Assembly (NCBI GenBank): GCA_040400605.1
Contig: JBBAPZ010000003.1
Location: forward strand, 94,507 to 158,506
Source: Candidatus Sericytochromatia bacterium
GTDB lineage: Bacteria; Cyanobacteriota; Sericytochromatia; S15B-MN24; JAQBPE01
DNA length: 64,000 nt
Reading direction: 5' to 3'
Shown: in pieces, positions 52,521 through 62,364 of the stretch
Numbering within the stretch: position 1 is the first letter of the stretch
How the letters are laid out: each line of letters starts with the position of its first letter
The notes under the pieces: generated by a model
The model's database searches: none
What the model saw: only the letters and a program-made list of their open reading frames with translations
What the model was told of the DNA's origin: nothing
Program-made: the position numbers and the translations under genes

Positions 52521-54176
52521 TCAGGCACGAACGAGTGGTTTGTATTTGATGCGGTGGGGGCGGCTCGCGTCCGCGCCGAGGCGTCGTTTTTTGTCGTCTT
52601 CGTATTCCTGGTAGTTTCCGGCGAACGACACCACCTGGCTATCGCCTTCAAACGCGATGATGTGGGTGGCGACGCGATCCAGGAACCAGCGATCGTGGCT
52701 GACCACCACTGCGCAGCCCGGGAAGCCCAGCAAGGCTTCTTCGAGCGCACGGAGGGTGTCTACATCCAAATCGTTGGTTGGTTCGTCCAGTAACAAGACA
52801 TTGCCAGCAGATAGCAGGGTCAACGCGAGGTGGACACGGTTGCGTTCGCCACCGGAGAGTTTACCGACCAGTTTTTGTTGATCCGGGCCCTTGAAGTTAA
52901 AACTGGCGACATAGGCACGCGAGGCAATCTCCCGCGAACCAACCTTGAGTTTCTCCTGGCCGCCGCTGATTTGCTCCCACACGTTCTTGTTGGGATCGAG
53001 GGTGTCACGGCTTTGATCAACATAAGCCAGCTTGACCGTTTCGCCAACCCGCAGCGCACCTTGATCCGGCGTTTCTTGCCCCACAATCATCCGCATCAAG
53101 GTGGATTTGCCCGCACCGTTGGGACCGATCACGCCCACAATGCCACCCGGCGGCAGTTCAAAATCGAAGTTTTCAAACAACAGCTTGTCGCCATAGCCTT
53201 TGGTCAACCCCTTCGCCTGAACCACCACATCACCCAAACGCGGCCCCGTCGGAATGAGAATTTCGACATTGTCCTGCCGAAGCTGGGTACTCTGGGCGAG
53301 CAAATTCTCGTAATTGGACAAGCGTGCTTTCGACTTCTTGCTGCGCCCCTTGGGATTCTGACGCACCCATTCAAGTTCTTCAGCCAAGGTCTTTTGCCTG
53401 GCGGAGGCATGTTTCTCTTCAAGCGCCAAACGACGCTGTTTCTGTTCCAGCCAGCTCGAATAATTGCCCTCGAACGGGATGCCCTTGCCGTGATCAAGTT
53501 CCAGGATCCAACCTGCCACGTTATCAAGAAAATAACGGTCATGGGTCACAGCGACAACTGCACCTTTATATTGACTTAAATGCTGCTCTAACCACTCAAC
53601 CGACTCCGCGTCCAGGTGGTTGGTCGGCTCATCCAACAACAGCAAATCAGGCGCGGAAAGCAACAAACGACACAGAGCAACCCGGCGCCGCTCACCGCCG
53701 GACAAATGAGTCACCGGCAAATCCCCGTCCGGCACACGCAAGGCGTCCATAGCAATTTCAAGCGTGTTGTCGATATTCCAGCCATCAAGCACTTCAATCT
53801 CATCTTGCAGACGAGCAAACTCATCCGCTGTTTCATCACTGTAATTGGCGCTCAACTCCTCAAAACGGGTCAACAGACCCCGAACCTTGGCCATGCCATC
53901 TTCCACGTTCTCGCGAACGGTCTTGCTTGGGTCCAATTGCGGTTCCTGTTCGAGATAGCCCACCGTTGCACCGTCAGCGAGGCGTGCCTCGCCGTTGAAA
54001 GCCGTATCAAGACCCGCCATAATCCGCAGAAGCGTTGACTTACCAGCGCCGTTCGCGCCAAGCACCCCAATTTTGGCGCCTGGAAAAAACTGCAGGTTGA
54101 TGTTTCCGAGCAGCTCGCGCTTGGGCGGAACCACTTTGGTGAGCCGGTGCATGGTAAAAACATACTGATAACTCAT
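52521..54176 (-). CDS. ettA: Energy-dependent translational throttle protein (ABC-F)
   Basis: YVFTMHRLTKVVPP, FFPGAKIGVLG, two ABC domains, ELEWVRQNPKGR..KSKAR, HRIKYKPL. Confidence 0.96.
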   Translation of the reverse strand: MSYQYVFTMHRLTKVVPPKRELLGNINLQFFPGAKIGVLGANGAGKSTLLRIMAGLDTAFNGEARLADGATVGYLEQEPQLDPSKTVRENVEDGMAKVRGLLTRFEELSANYSDETADEFARLQDEIEVLDGWNIDNTLEIAMDALRVPDGDLPVTHLSGGERRRVALCRLLLSAPDLLLLDEPTNHLDAESVEWLEQHLSQYKGAVVAVTHDRYFLDNVAGWILELDHGKGIPFEGNYSSWLEQKQRRLALEEKHASARQKTLAEELEWVRQNPKGRSKKSKARLSNYENLLAQSTQLRQDNVEILIPTGPRLGDVVVQAKGLTKGYGDKLLFENFDFELPPGGIVGVIGPNGAGKSTLMRMIVGQETPDQGALRVGETVKLAYVDQSRDTLDPNKNVWEQISGGQEKLKVGSREIASRAYVASFNFKGPDQQKLVGKLSGGERNRVHLALTLLSAGNVLLLDEPTNDLDVDTLRALEEALLGFPGCAVVVSHDRWFLDRVATHIIAFEGDSQVVSFAGNYQEYEDDKKRRLGADASRPHRIKYKPLVRA

Positions 54177-54327
54177 CGAAACCCTCTCATGATCGTGCTG
54201 ACCAAAGACACATCAGTGACTGTCCAAAACGCGTGTGTCATAAAAAACCAACTGATATAAAACGCCTGCCAAGATTTTGATCACCAAACCGCGCTTTTGC
54301 GCCACCGTCGCGCGCCAACGCCTGTGT

Positions 54328-54561
54328 TCAAGAACGCAAACGCCGTTGCATCCACAGACTGCCGACAAATAAAAACGCGGCACACGCAATGTTGAATGCA
54401 ATCAACCCGGGGTGAAACTGGTGACGCACCGCGAAATAGACCAGAAAACAGGTCATTAATGCGCAAAAATGGCCGCTCCAGGCGATCGCACGTATCGCTG
54501 GGCGCGGCATCTGTCTGACGCGTCGTCTCGCAGGGATGTCAGTCTCTTCAGCGTGCTGCAT
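54328..54561 (-). CDS. Small two-TM hypothetical protein
   Basis: Two hydrophobic helices; lies 30 nt after the nuclease stop. Confidence 0.5.
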   Translation of the reverse strand: MQHAEETDIPARRRVRQMPRPAIRAIAWSGHFCALMTCFLVYFAVRHQFHPGLIAFNIACAAFLFVGSLWMQRRLRS

Positions 54562-54591
54562 GGCTTGTTCAAGATTACCACAACCCAAGCG

Positions 54592-55059
54592 TCAACGTCG
54601 TTTCTCAAGGGTTTCGCGTAGCCGGATCAGATTTTCCACATCTTCCCTATTGTACGCCAGCAAACGGGACAAAGCCTGGCCATCACCATTTTTTTGATAT
54701 TGGTACCACAACGCCACAGCATCTTTGCCGCTCATACCATCGTGGACGCGCGTGATTCCCAGCCGTTCCTCGATGGCCTTCAATCCGCCGTACAGTTTTT
54801 GTTGATGACACCATTTCATCAAATCAATGGATTGGTAGCGCTGCCGCAAATCGATGCCGAGTTGCTTCCGAATGATGGGCAGGTCAAAACGGTCACCGTT
54901 AAAGGTATAGACGCACAACGCAAACGGCAGGACCGCCTCAAGCCCGGCAGGCGTGATTTGTTCACCAACCAGCTGTATGGTACCGACACTCGCGTGATGA
55001 AACCCCAAAACCGTCAATTCACCCTGATAAGTGGTTTCAATATCCAGGTACAGCGCCAC
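54592..55059 (-). CDS. RNase H-like (YprB/RNase_H_2) 3'-5' exonuclease domain protein
   Basis: LYLDIETT, TFNGDRFDLP, GGLKAIE, YNREDV. Confidence 0.88.
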   Translation of the reverse strand: MALYLDIETTYQGELTVLGFHHASVGTIQLVGEQITPAGLEAVLPFALCVYTFNGDRFDLPIIRKQLGIDLRQRYQSIDLMKWCHQQKLYGGLKAIEERLGITRVHDGMSGKDAVALWYQYQKNGDGQALSRLLAYNREDVENLIRLRETLEKRR

Positions 55060-55213
55060 GGCTCATCCTTCCTGCCTCTCACTGGATCCAACGCCCATCC
55101 ATGCCGCTAAAGCCTACCATGTGTCGCGTCTGGTCGCCCGGTCCATGGGTTTGAGAGAAGGCATAACGGGTACAACACCGAGGGCAACCGGCGTCTGATG
55201 AAAGTGAAGCGAG

Positions 55214-58200
55214 ATGCGTACAACTTTGGAGGGCTGTGGTCGTTTCGTGCCCCTTGAGTCATTGGGCGAGGGTGCCACGGCGCAGGTATTCAAAGCGGAG
55301 GATCCGACGAACGGGGCAACCGTTGCCCTCAAATGTCTCAAAACGCTTTCCCCGGAAGCGCAATTGCGTTTCGAGCAGGAATACCGGCTGCAAGCCCGTT
55401 TGAACCACCCGAATTTGTGTGCTGTGCACGAATATGGTGTCACAGCCGACGGTGTTCCTTTCATGACGATGGAACTCGTTGAAGGTGTGGGCCTGGACGC
55501 TCTGATACCGGCGTCTGTCGCCCAGGCGCAGCATATTTTTACGCAACTGGCGCATGCGTTGAATTACATGCATCAGCAAGGATGGATCCATTGTGATCTC
55601 AAGCCAGAAAATATACGGGTGCGCTCGGACGGCACGTTAAAGCTGATCGACTTCGGACTGTTGGTCCAGGCTGGCCAGCGTGCCGGCACAGTGCAAGGCA
55701 GCTTACATTATTTGTCACCGGAAATTGCACGCGAGCAGCCACTTGACGGGCGCAGCGACGTCTACGCGGTCGGTGCGATATTGTACGAATTGCTGTCAGG
55801 CAGCAAAGCCATTGACGGTGAAACTGTCCTTGAGGTGTTGCGCAACCACGTGAATGTAATGCCGGCGGACATCAGTTGTCGGGTAACGAAAATGCCGTCC
55901 GCCTTTGCCGGTACCATTATGCGGATGTTATCGAAGGATCCGGATGCACGTCCGGTATCCATTCTCGCGGCACTCGCCAATTCGGGCGTGCAAACGGATA
56001 TCGTCTATCCGAGCATGCTCTTGGCACCACCATTGCTTGAGCGGGAAACGATCATAAAACAGCTGGAATCAGCCCTTGTTAGCGTCAGACAGAGTCACAA
56101 CGGGGAAGTGCTTCAAATACAGGGCGTCGCGGGTAGTGGCAAGACACGCGTGCTCTCAGAGATGCGTTATCTGGCCAGCTTGCATGGGTTTGACGTCGCC
56201 TGGGTGGATTGCGCGGTTGAAACGGGTCCCTACGGTCCACTTGTTGCGGCGTTGCGACAGTGGCTCCCGGCCCTTGAAAAGAACGCTCCCGAGGTGTTGG
56301 TGGATGCCGCGCCCTGTCTTGCCTCCCTCATTCCGGAGCTTGCAAAAGACGGTTACACGAGCAATCTGGATACGGAGCAACCGCAGTACCTGATTCAATC
56401 GGCGTTGTCGCGGGTGCTGATCAAAGCCGCGATGCCAAAAGGTGCCGTGATGATCCTGGATGGCTGGAACAACGTGGGCACAGACGTCCAGGATGCCTTG
56501 CGGTTTTTGATACGCAATGGCAGCAGCCTGGGCCAAATGGAACAAGCGACGGCTGATGGAAAACCCTTGGCTCACGTGCCATTGTTGGTTGTCATGGCAA
56601 GTGAAGAGGAACTCGCCTATTCCGGTACCCGTTTACCCTTGAGTAACCTCAACCGTGAGGCCATCCATCGGCTGTTGGCATCGCGGTTGGGCCAAAAAGA
56701 GCTCCCGGAAGCGTGGAGCAAACGGTTGCTGGAATTAACGGCAGGCAATCCGGGATGGCTCAACGCAATTTTGGACAATGCTTTCGCGCAGGGTAATCTT
56801 CAGCGTGCTGGCGCGTCGTGGTACTTGCAAAAACCGTTCTCCAGCACCGACCTCAGTTCCGAACTGCGGCTGCGGCTGGTTGGGGGCAAAGAGTGTCTGA
56901 GCCAGGAGGGTCGCCAACTCGCTGAGGAAGCCGCTGTCTTGGGTTACAGTTGGTGTCCGTCTGAACTGATGGATGTCACCAATCTGGATACCCCAACGAT
57001 GCTGGATGCGCTAATGCAACTGGGTGCGGCCGGGTTGATCATGCAATCCCCGCAAGGGTATGCGTGGCAATCCATTGCGGTACGGGACCTGTATTACGAT
57101 GACATCGCACCTGAAGCACTTCCCGAATTGCACCAACGCGTTGCGCGCTTGCTCCTGAAGCGACGCGTTGAGAGACACAAGTCCTCTCTGCGTCAGAATC
57201 TGGAGCTGGCTGAACACGGACTGATGGCTCAGATGCCTGAAGCCGCCACCGAGTGGGTGTTAACGGTTGTAGCAGATGGTTTTGGCATTTTGCCCTACCA
57301 GGATTTGCTCGTGCTGTTGCGTCGCGGCCTGAGCCTGCTTGAGCAGGCCGAAGCTGATGCGGAAGCCTTGGCCTTACGGGTCGTCTATTTGCGCTGGATG
57401 GCACATACCCACCGTGCCCGCCACGAGTTAACGGAATCCGAAGCGTGTCTCAAAGAAGGCCTGCGCTTGCTTGAACGGCGTCACGATCCCCAACAGGAGT
57501 GTCTTCTGTCCAGTGCGTACGGTCTGGTGTGTGATTTGCGGGGGGATCCAGGTGACAAGGTGATGGCGGAAGAGCACTTCGCGCGAGCCATCGAATTGGC
57601 GACGGCGAGTGACGACCAGGCCGAATTGGCCTACACGCTCGTTGCGAGGGGTCGTGGTCGTCTGCTGGGTGGGCGCACAATCGATGCGATCGCCGATCTT
57701 GAAAAAGGACATCAATCCGCTTTGTTGGCAAGTAAAGGCTTTCAGGCTGCCCGCGCACTGGCGTTATTGGGGTACGCTCGCGTGCAATTGGGACAGGCCG
57801 CAGACCAAGGCTGTGAACAAGTGGAGGCTGCAATTGTCGAACAGGCCCGCCTCGGGGATCACTATGGCGAGAGTTATAGCCTTGGCTTGCTCGGCAACAT
57901 CAAGCTGGAAGAGGGCCATTACCTCGATGCCTCCACCGCGTTTGCGCGCCAGGTGGACATCGCGCGATCGCTCGGGGTTATCGACGACCTGATCGTCGGG
58001 CTGATATCGCTTGCGGAGGCGCAACTCGGACTGGGTCAACTCCACGATGCCATCACCAATTGCGAATTGGCCGAACGCCTGGCCATCGAACACGACCATG
58101 TTCTGGGCAAACTGGTGGCCTGCGCACTGCTGGGATTGAGCCACGCCCTGCGCGCTGAGGTCCCCGCAGCCCTGAAGCGCTTGGCATTCGCCGAACAAGC

Positions 58201-60028
58201 CGCCTTGGAGCGTTCGTCCCTGGAACAGTTGCTTGGCTTGGCCTACGTAATTGACGGCTGGCTGGCTTTGGGACTGCCGCGCCGCGCGGACAACACCTTG
58301 CATCAAGCCCTTTTTACCCTTCGTGCCGTTGAAGCGCCCTTAATGAGCCTGCGCTACAAATTGCTTCAGGCCCGCGTGCTGATTTACCGTGGTCAGCATG
58401 GCACGGCGGGCCCGTTGCTTGAAACAGCGTGTCAGGAGGCCCGACAAATGCAGAATCGGGGCTTGTTGGCCATGGCGCTGCTTGAGCGAGGATTTGTCAA
58501 GCTTCACGCTGACGATGAGCGCTCCGCCCGTGATGATGCCGAAACCGCCGAAGCAATCATTCTTGATTCGGGGGCGCAGATTTTAGCCCTGCGACTCAAG
58601 GCATTGTGGGCAGAACTTGAAGCGCGTCAAGACGATGCCGCGCGTGCCCGCGTCTATTACCAGGCGCTGGAACTAAGCGCCGATGACCTGAACATGCCGC
58701 TAACCAAAGCCGTCGCGCTTTACGGGCAGTCACAGCAAGAAGATCGCCCACCGCGAGCCAAAACCCTGTTGACAGCCGCGCAGCGTCTCTTGGGTGACCA
58801 TGCGGCGCAATTGGATGACACATTGCGGGATGACTTCAGGCAAACGCCATGGGTCGCAGCGATCCTTGATGCCCATCCAACCAACCAGAACCAGACGGTG
58901 TTATCGACTGGCACATTGTCTGATTTCGGCTCTGTCGTGCAACAAATGCAGTCAACACTCGATTCCTTGACCAACTGGCACGAATCTGAAGTCGCGCATC
59001 TCAACCAGTACCAAGAAAAATTGCTGAAGCTGCTTGATGGTACAAGTCGACTTGGTGTAACACTCGATCGGTCAGATGTGTACCAGGCACTCCTCAGCCT
59101 TGCCTTGTGTATCAGTGGTGCGGAGCGTGGCTATCTCATCGCCAAACAGCCTGGCCGCTACGGGGATCTCATCTGTCAGTTGGCCTTGAACAGTGATGGG
59201 CAACCGATTGATACGCGTTACTCTTTGTCAATTTGCCAGCGGGTACTGGCGAACAACAGTCCGTTGCTGCTGCTTGACACATCGGGAGACAGTGAGTTTT
59301 CGGCCGCAAAGTCAATCCTGGCACTGAGCATTCGCTCTGTCATGTGTGTGCCATTGGGGGCGGAAGATAACCCGAACGGCGTGCTTTACGTCGACTCCAG
59401 CGCGGTTGTGATCCACTTTAGTGAGCCGGATCTTCACCTGTTACAGATTCTTGGCCAGCATGCGTCCCGGTTGCTGGCGCAGGTCGAACGCCATGAGAAG
59501 TTGGCGCAACGGGTACGCGAACTCGCAGCGGGTGCCAACCGAATCGTTGCAACGTCGCAACCGGTGATTGATGAATTGACCAAACTGTCTGGGCGAGCTC
59601 ACTTCTTTGACTTCGCCAACCGGGAAATCATGCTGGCAAAACGCTACGAACGGCCGTTTAGCCTCCTCATTTTGACGATGAGCAATCTGAAACATATCAA
59701 TGATCACCACGGACGTCGCGCCGGTGACGAAGCCCTGCGGGCGCTGGGACAGGTCTTGTTGCGGCAGTTGACTGAAGGGATTATCGCGGCAAGGCTGGCA
59801 GACAAAGAGTTTGCACTCCTGGTTACATTGGATGCCCCATACACCGCTCACGAGCTGCTCGCGCGGGTGCTACACGACGTGCAGGCCGTCAGCATAGCGG
59901 ATGAGCGCGGATTACACCTGCCCACCATTGCGTTATCAGCCGGTATGACGCAATGGCAAGCAGAGGATACAGTGATCGGCGATATGTTGTATCGCATCAA
60001 CCTGCCCCCTACAGGTGATGCGCACTGA
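55214..60028 (+). CDS. Ser/Thr kinase-AAA ATPase-TPR-GAF-degenerate GGDEF multidomain protein
   Basis: GEGATAQV, VALK, HCDLKPEN, DFG, SPE; GVAGSGKT; TPRs; SIRSVMCVPL..GVLYVDS; DELTKL, KHINDHHG..GD, RLADKEF. Confidence 0.88.
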   Translation: MRTTLEGCGRFVPLESLGEGATAQVFKAEDPTNGATVALKCLKTLSPEAQLRFEQEYRLQARLNHPNLCAVHEYGVTADGVPFMTMELVEGVGLDALIPASVAQAQHIFTQLAHALNYMHQQGWIHCDLKPENIRVRSDGTLKLIDFGLLVQAGQRAGTVQGSLHYLSPEIAREQPLDGRSDVYAVGAILYELLSGSKAIDGETVLEVLRNHVNVMPADISCRVTKMPSAFAGTIMRMLSKDPDARPVSILAALANSGVQTDIVYPSMLLAPPLLERETIIKQLESALVSVRQSHNGEVLQIQGVAGSGKTRVLSEMRYLASLHGFDVAWVDCAVETGPYGPLVAALRQWLPALEKNAPEVLVDAAPCLASLIPELAKDGYTSNLDTEQPQYLIQSALSRVLIKAAMPKGAVMILDGWNNVGTDVQDALRFLIRNGSSLGQMEQATADGKPLAHVPLLVVMASEEELAYSGTRLPLSNLNREAIHRLLASRLGQKELPEAWSKRLLELTAGNPGWLNAILDNAFAQGNLQRAGASWYLQKPFSSTDLSSELRLRLVGGKECLSQEGRQLAEEAAVLGYSWCPSELMDVTNLDTPTMLDALMQLGAAGLIMQSPQGYAWQSIAVRDLYYDDIAPEALPELHQRVARLLLKRRVERHKSSLRQNLELAEHGLMAQMPEAATEWVLTVVADGFGILPYQDLLVLLRRGLSLLEQAEADAEALALRVVYLRWMAHTHRARHELTESEACLKEGLRLLERRHDPQQECLLSSAYGLVCDLRGDPGDKVMAEEHFARAIELATASDDQAELAYTLVARGRGRLLGGRTIDAIADLEKGHQSALLASKGFQAARALALLGYARVQLGQAADQGCEQVEAAIVEQARLGDHYGESYSLGLLGNIKLEEGHYLDASTAFARQVDIARSLGVIDDLIVGLISLAEAQLGLGQLHDAITNCELAERLAIEHDHVLGKLVACALLGLSHALRAEVPAALKRLAFAEQAALERSSLEQLLGLAYVIDGWLALGLPRRADNTLHQALFTLRAVEAPLMSLRYKLLQARVLIYRGQHGTAGPLLETACQEARQMQNRGLLAMALLERGFVKLHADDERSARDDAETAEAIILDSGAQILALRLKALWAELEARQDDAARARVYYQALELSADDLNMPLTKAVALYGQSQQEDRPPRAKTLLTAAQRLLGDHAAQLDDTLRDDFRQTPWVAAILDAHPTNQNQTVLSTGTLSDFGSVVQQMQSTLDSLTNWHESEVAHLNQYQEKLLKLLDGTSRLGVTLDRSDVYQALLSLALCISGAERGYLIAKQPGRYGDLICQLALNSDGQPIDTRYSLSICQRVLANNSPLLLLDTSGDSEFSAAKSILALSIRSVMCVPLGAEDNPNGVLYVDSSAVVIHFSEPDLHLLQILGQHASRLLAQVERHEKLAQRVRELAAGANRIVATSQPVIDELTKLSGRAHFFDFANREIMLAKRYERPFSLLILTMSNLKHINDHHGRRAGDEALRALGQVLLRQLTEGIIAARLADKEFALLVTLDAPYTAHELLARVLHDVQAVSIADERGLHLPTIALSAGMTQWQAEDTVIGDMLYRINLPPTGDAH

Positions 60029-60034
60029 CGATGG

Positions 60035-60577
60035 TTACCAATTCGGCGGATCCGCCGGAATAACCGCCGGCGGCTTCCCATAAACGACAACTACACGACG
60101 CCTGTCCAGCAGTTCGAGATCCATCCCATCGGTCACGAGGATACCGTTTTCATATACTTTCGCACCGACCAGCGGCACACCCCACTGTGTGAAGAACTGT
60201 CCCAGCGTGATGCGCATCGCTTTTGCCGCCTCAACGTGAAGCTTTCCCGTCGTATCATGGGTATGCAACGGCGAAATGAAACCAGGCCCAATCCCGACAT
60301 CCGCCGGCACTTCGACCGGGCGCCCCTCATAAAAAACATCCAACTGGGTGTGTATATGGTAATCCAACATTTTTTCACTGTCGGCACTCAAACCGGCAGC
60401 CAAAACCAATTCGCGCTGATTAAACGGTCGTGGCCAAGGCGGTGCTACAGGCAAGCCCGAGGCCTGGCCGACTGCACCACCAGGCGGGGCGGGTGCAACG
60501 CCCGGCACCGCACACCCGGCTACCAGCCCTAAAGGCAAAAGCCACGTAAGCAAAGTCACAACGTTGACATTCCGCAT
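60035..60577 (-). CDS. Lipoprotein with His motifs (HIH, HTHD, HVE)
   Basis: Lipobox VAGC; YHIHTQL..VPADVGI..LHTHDTTGKLHVE..TLGQFF. Confidence 0.75.
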   Translation of the reverse strand: MRNVNVVTLLTWLLPLGLVAGCAVPGVAPAPPGGAVGQASGLPVAPPWPRPFNQRELVLAAGLSADSEKMLDYHIHTQLDVFYEGRPVEVPADVGIGPGFISPLHTHDTTGKLHVEAAKAMRITLGQFFTQWGVPLVGAKVYENGILVTDGMDLELLDRRRVVVVYGKPPAVIPADPPNW

Positions 60578-60878
60578 TGCCTGAGATCCTTTACCATTTA
60601 GTGATGCTTGGGCTGCTGGCCAAAACTTGTATAACAACTGTGAAATTGTCCGTAAATCATGTAGTTGACTTCGATATCGACAAAAAACATGATCGCTGCT
60701 TGATGCTTTTTCCGTCAGAGCAAGCACCCCTAATTAATCATGTCCCATCAACGCGCGCCTGTGCAAGCCGTATGCCAGCATCGGAAACCCATCGCACGCG
60801 CGGATCCGACAACAATTACCAGTCTCAGACGCAAAAGTAGCCCAACCGATTCCGCGTTTAACAAGCTGCGTTGTCTCA

Positions 60879-60910
60879 ACGAGCATTTAACGAACGATCG
60901 GCGAATCTGA
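60879..60910 (+). repeat. 32-nt conserved end motif of the dispersed repeat
   Basis: 28/32 identical to 46581-46612. Confidence 0.85.
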
Positions 60911-60971
60911 GTGGTAACACTGTCCGGCGCAACCAATTGATGGGTGGCGGCGATCGCCCAATCGGTTTATC

Positions 60972-61505
60972 ATGGTCGCCATGAATGCATTCTGGATCCT
61001 GTATTTAGGTTTGACCCTGCTCGCAATCGCTGTCATTCTGCGCTTCGGCCCGTTACTGTGGCGTCGTGTCGCGCCGCGTATCGCTTTGTTCATTGGACGT
61101 GCCTATCAGGAGCGCTTGACCCGGCAGTTAAAAAAGAAGTTTCCCACGCTTGCCGAACGCCTGAATGATTTTGACTTTGCTGGCGACAAACGTGAAGCTT
61201 TTGAAGCGGCCGCCAGACGCCTCCCACCGCACGAGGCGTTAAAACTGCAGACAGAATTCAACAAAATACGCGAGCAGTTCGTTAGCCGTCACCCAGAGGT
61301 GCTGGCATTGATTGGCGGTGCCACGGACCCCAAAACCCAAGTGAAAGCCATTGATCAAGTTATGGCCCTACCTGAAGAAAAACGCCAGGCCATCGAGGCC
61401 GATGTACTGCGTGCCTGGGACCAATTGCGCAACAAATACCCCTTGCTGATGGGTGCACTCGAAGGCGTCTTCAAAAAACGCCCGCCACAAACCAAGTCCA
61501 AGTGA
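60972..61505 (+). CDS. Membrane-anchored helical hypothetical protein
   Basis: N-terminal TM followed by a charged helical domain. Confidence 0.7.
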   Translation: MVAMNAFWILYLGLTLLAIAVILRFGPLLWRRVAPRIALFIGRAYQERLTRQLKKKFPTLAERLNDFDFAGDKREAFEAAARRLPPHEALKLQTEFNKIREQFVSRHPEVLALIGGATDPKTQVKAIDQVMALPEEKRQAIEADVLRAWDQLRNKYPLLMGALEGVFKKRPPQTKSK

Positions 61506-61508
61506 CGC

Positions 61509-61691
61509 TCAAGCGCCTTCACCGCGGCTGGCATCGCGCTTGCGCACCCACCACGCGCCCATCCCACCCAAAACCGCGACAACCAAAACCTTGACCGTCA
61601 CCACAATGGCAACGATCGTGGCGGGTCCGGGTGCGACATCCATCAGGGCCAATAACGACACAATCAGGGCGGACAAAGCGGCTGTGATCAT
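61509..61691 (-). CDS. Small two-TM hypothetical protein
   Basis: AGGGGG RBS, 60 aa, very hydrophobic. Confidence 0.6.
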   Translation of the reverse strand: MITAALSALIVSLLALMDVAPGPATIVAIVVTVKVLVVAVLGGMGAWWVRKRDASRGEGA

Positions 61692-61744
61692 TTACCCCCC
61701 TAAAGGAAAACCACTTTTAGTGATGGGTCAAGTTTGATCCAGGT

Positions 61745-62281
61745 CTAGGTGAGCCGTTTCAGTTGCGCTGAGTCAAACACGTACAATGTGTCATCAGGGC
61801 CATGATAAAAAGTGTTGAGCGCGATCCCGTCTCGATAGGCGCTCACATGACCATGGCCCCCATGGGGTTCCACCTCGACCACCGTTCCGTCAGAAAAACT
61901 GGCGACAAGCAGTTGGTCCTGTTCAACCAAAGCCTGCTCTTCGTCGCCCCGTTTGATTTTTACGCGCAGCGACGGCAAGAAATGACAGGAGTCCACCACG
62001 CGAGTGCTGGGCGACTCTTCACGCGGCCGTTCCCCGGCCAAAAAGTTGACAATGGTTGCCGGTTCCGTTTCGAAGATAACATGCAGGATCGAGTCCACCA
62101 TCTCTAAGCGTAATGCGCGATTGGCACTCACAATGGATTGCGTGGCACCGTGCGGCAACTCACCCAACAAAATCTGATACTCAATACCATTGGCGTACTT
62201 GTAATAGCGTACACCTTCCCACTCGGTGACCTGTTTTTCACGGTCACGCACAATCGCTGCCGGGTGTTGTATCTTGATCAT
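61745..62281 (-). CDS. Hypothetical protein
   Basis: ATG behind GGAGAG; globular composition; no family recognised. Confidence 0.65.
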   Translation of the reverse strand: MIKIQHPAAIVRDREKQVTEWEGVRYYKYANGIEYQILLGELPHGATQSIVSANRALRLEMVDSILHVIFETEPATIVNFLAGERPREESPSTRVVDSCHFLPSLRVKIKRGDEEQALVEQDQLLVASFSDGTVVEVEPHGGHGHVSAYRDGIALNTFYHGPDDTLYVFDSAQLKRLT

Positions 62282-62364
62282 GGCGATCTCTCCCACACAG
62301 TAAAGTCTGAGCGCCCATTGTAAAACGCTCCCTCACTTTTGACCACATGGGTTAGAATGGCACC

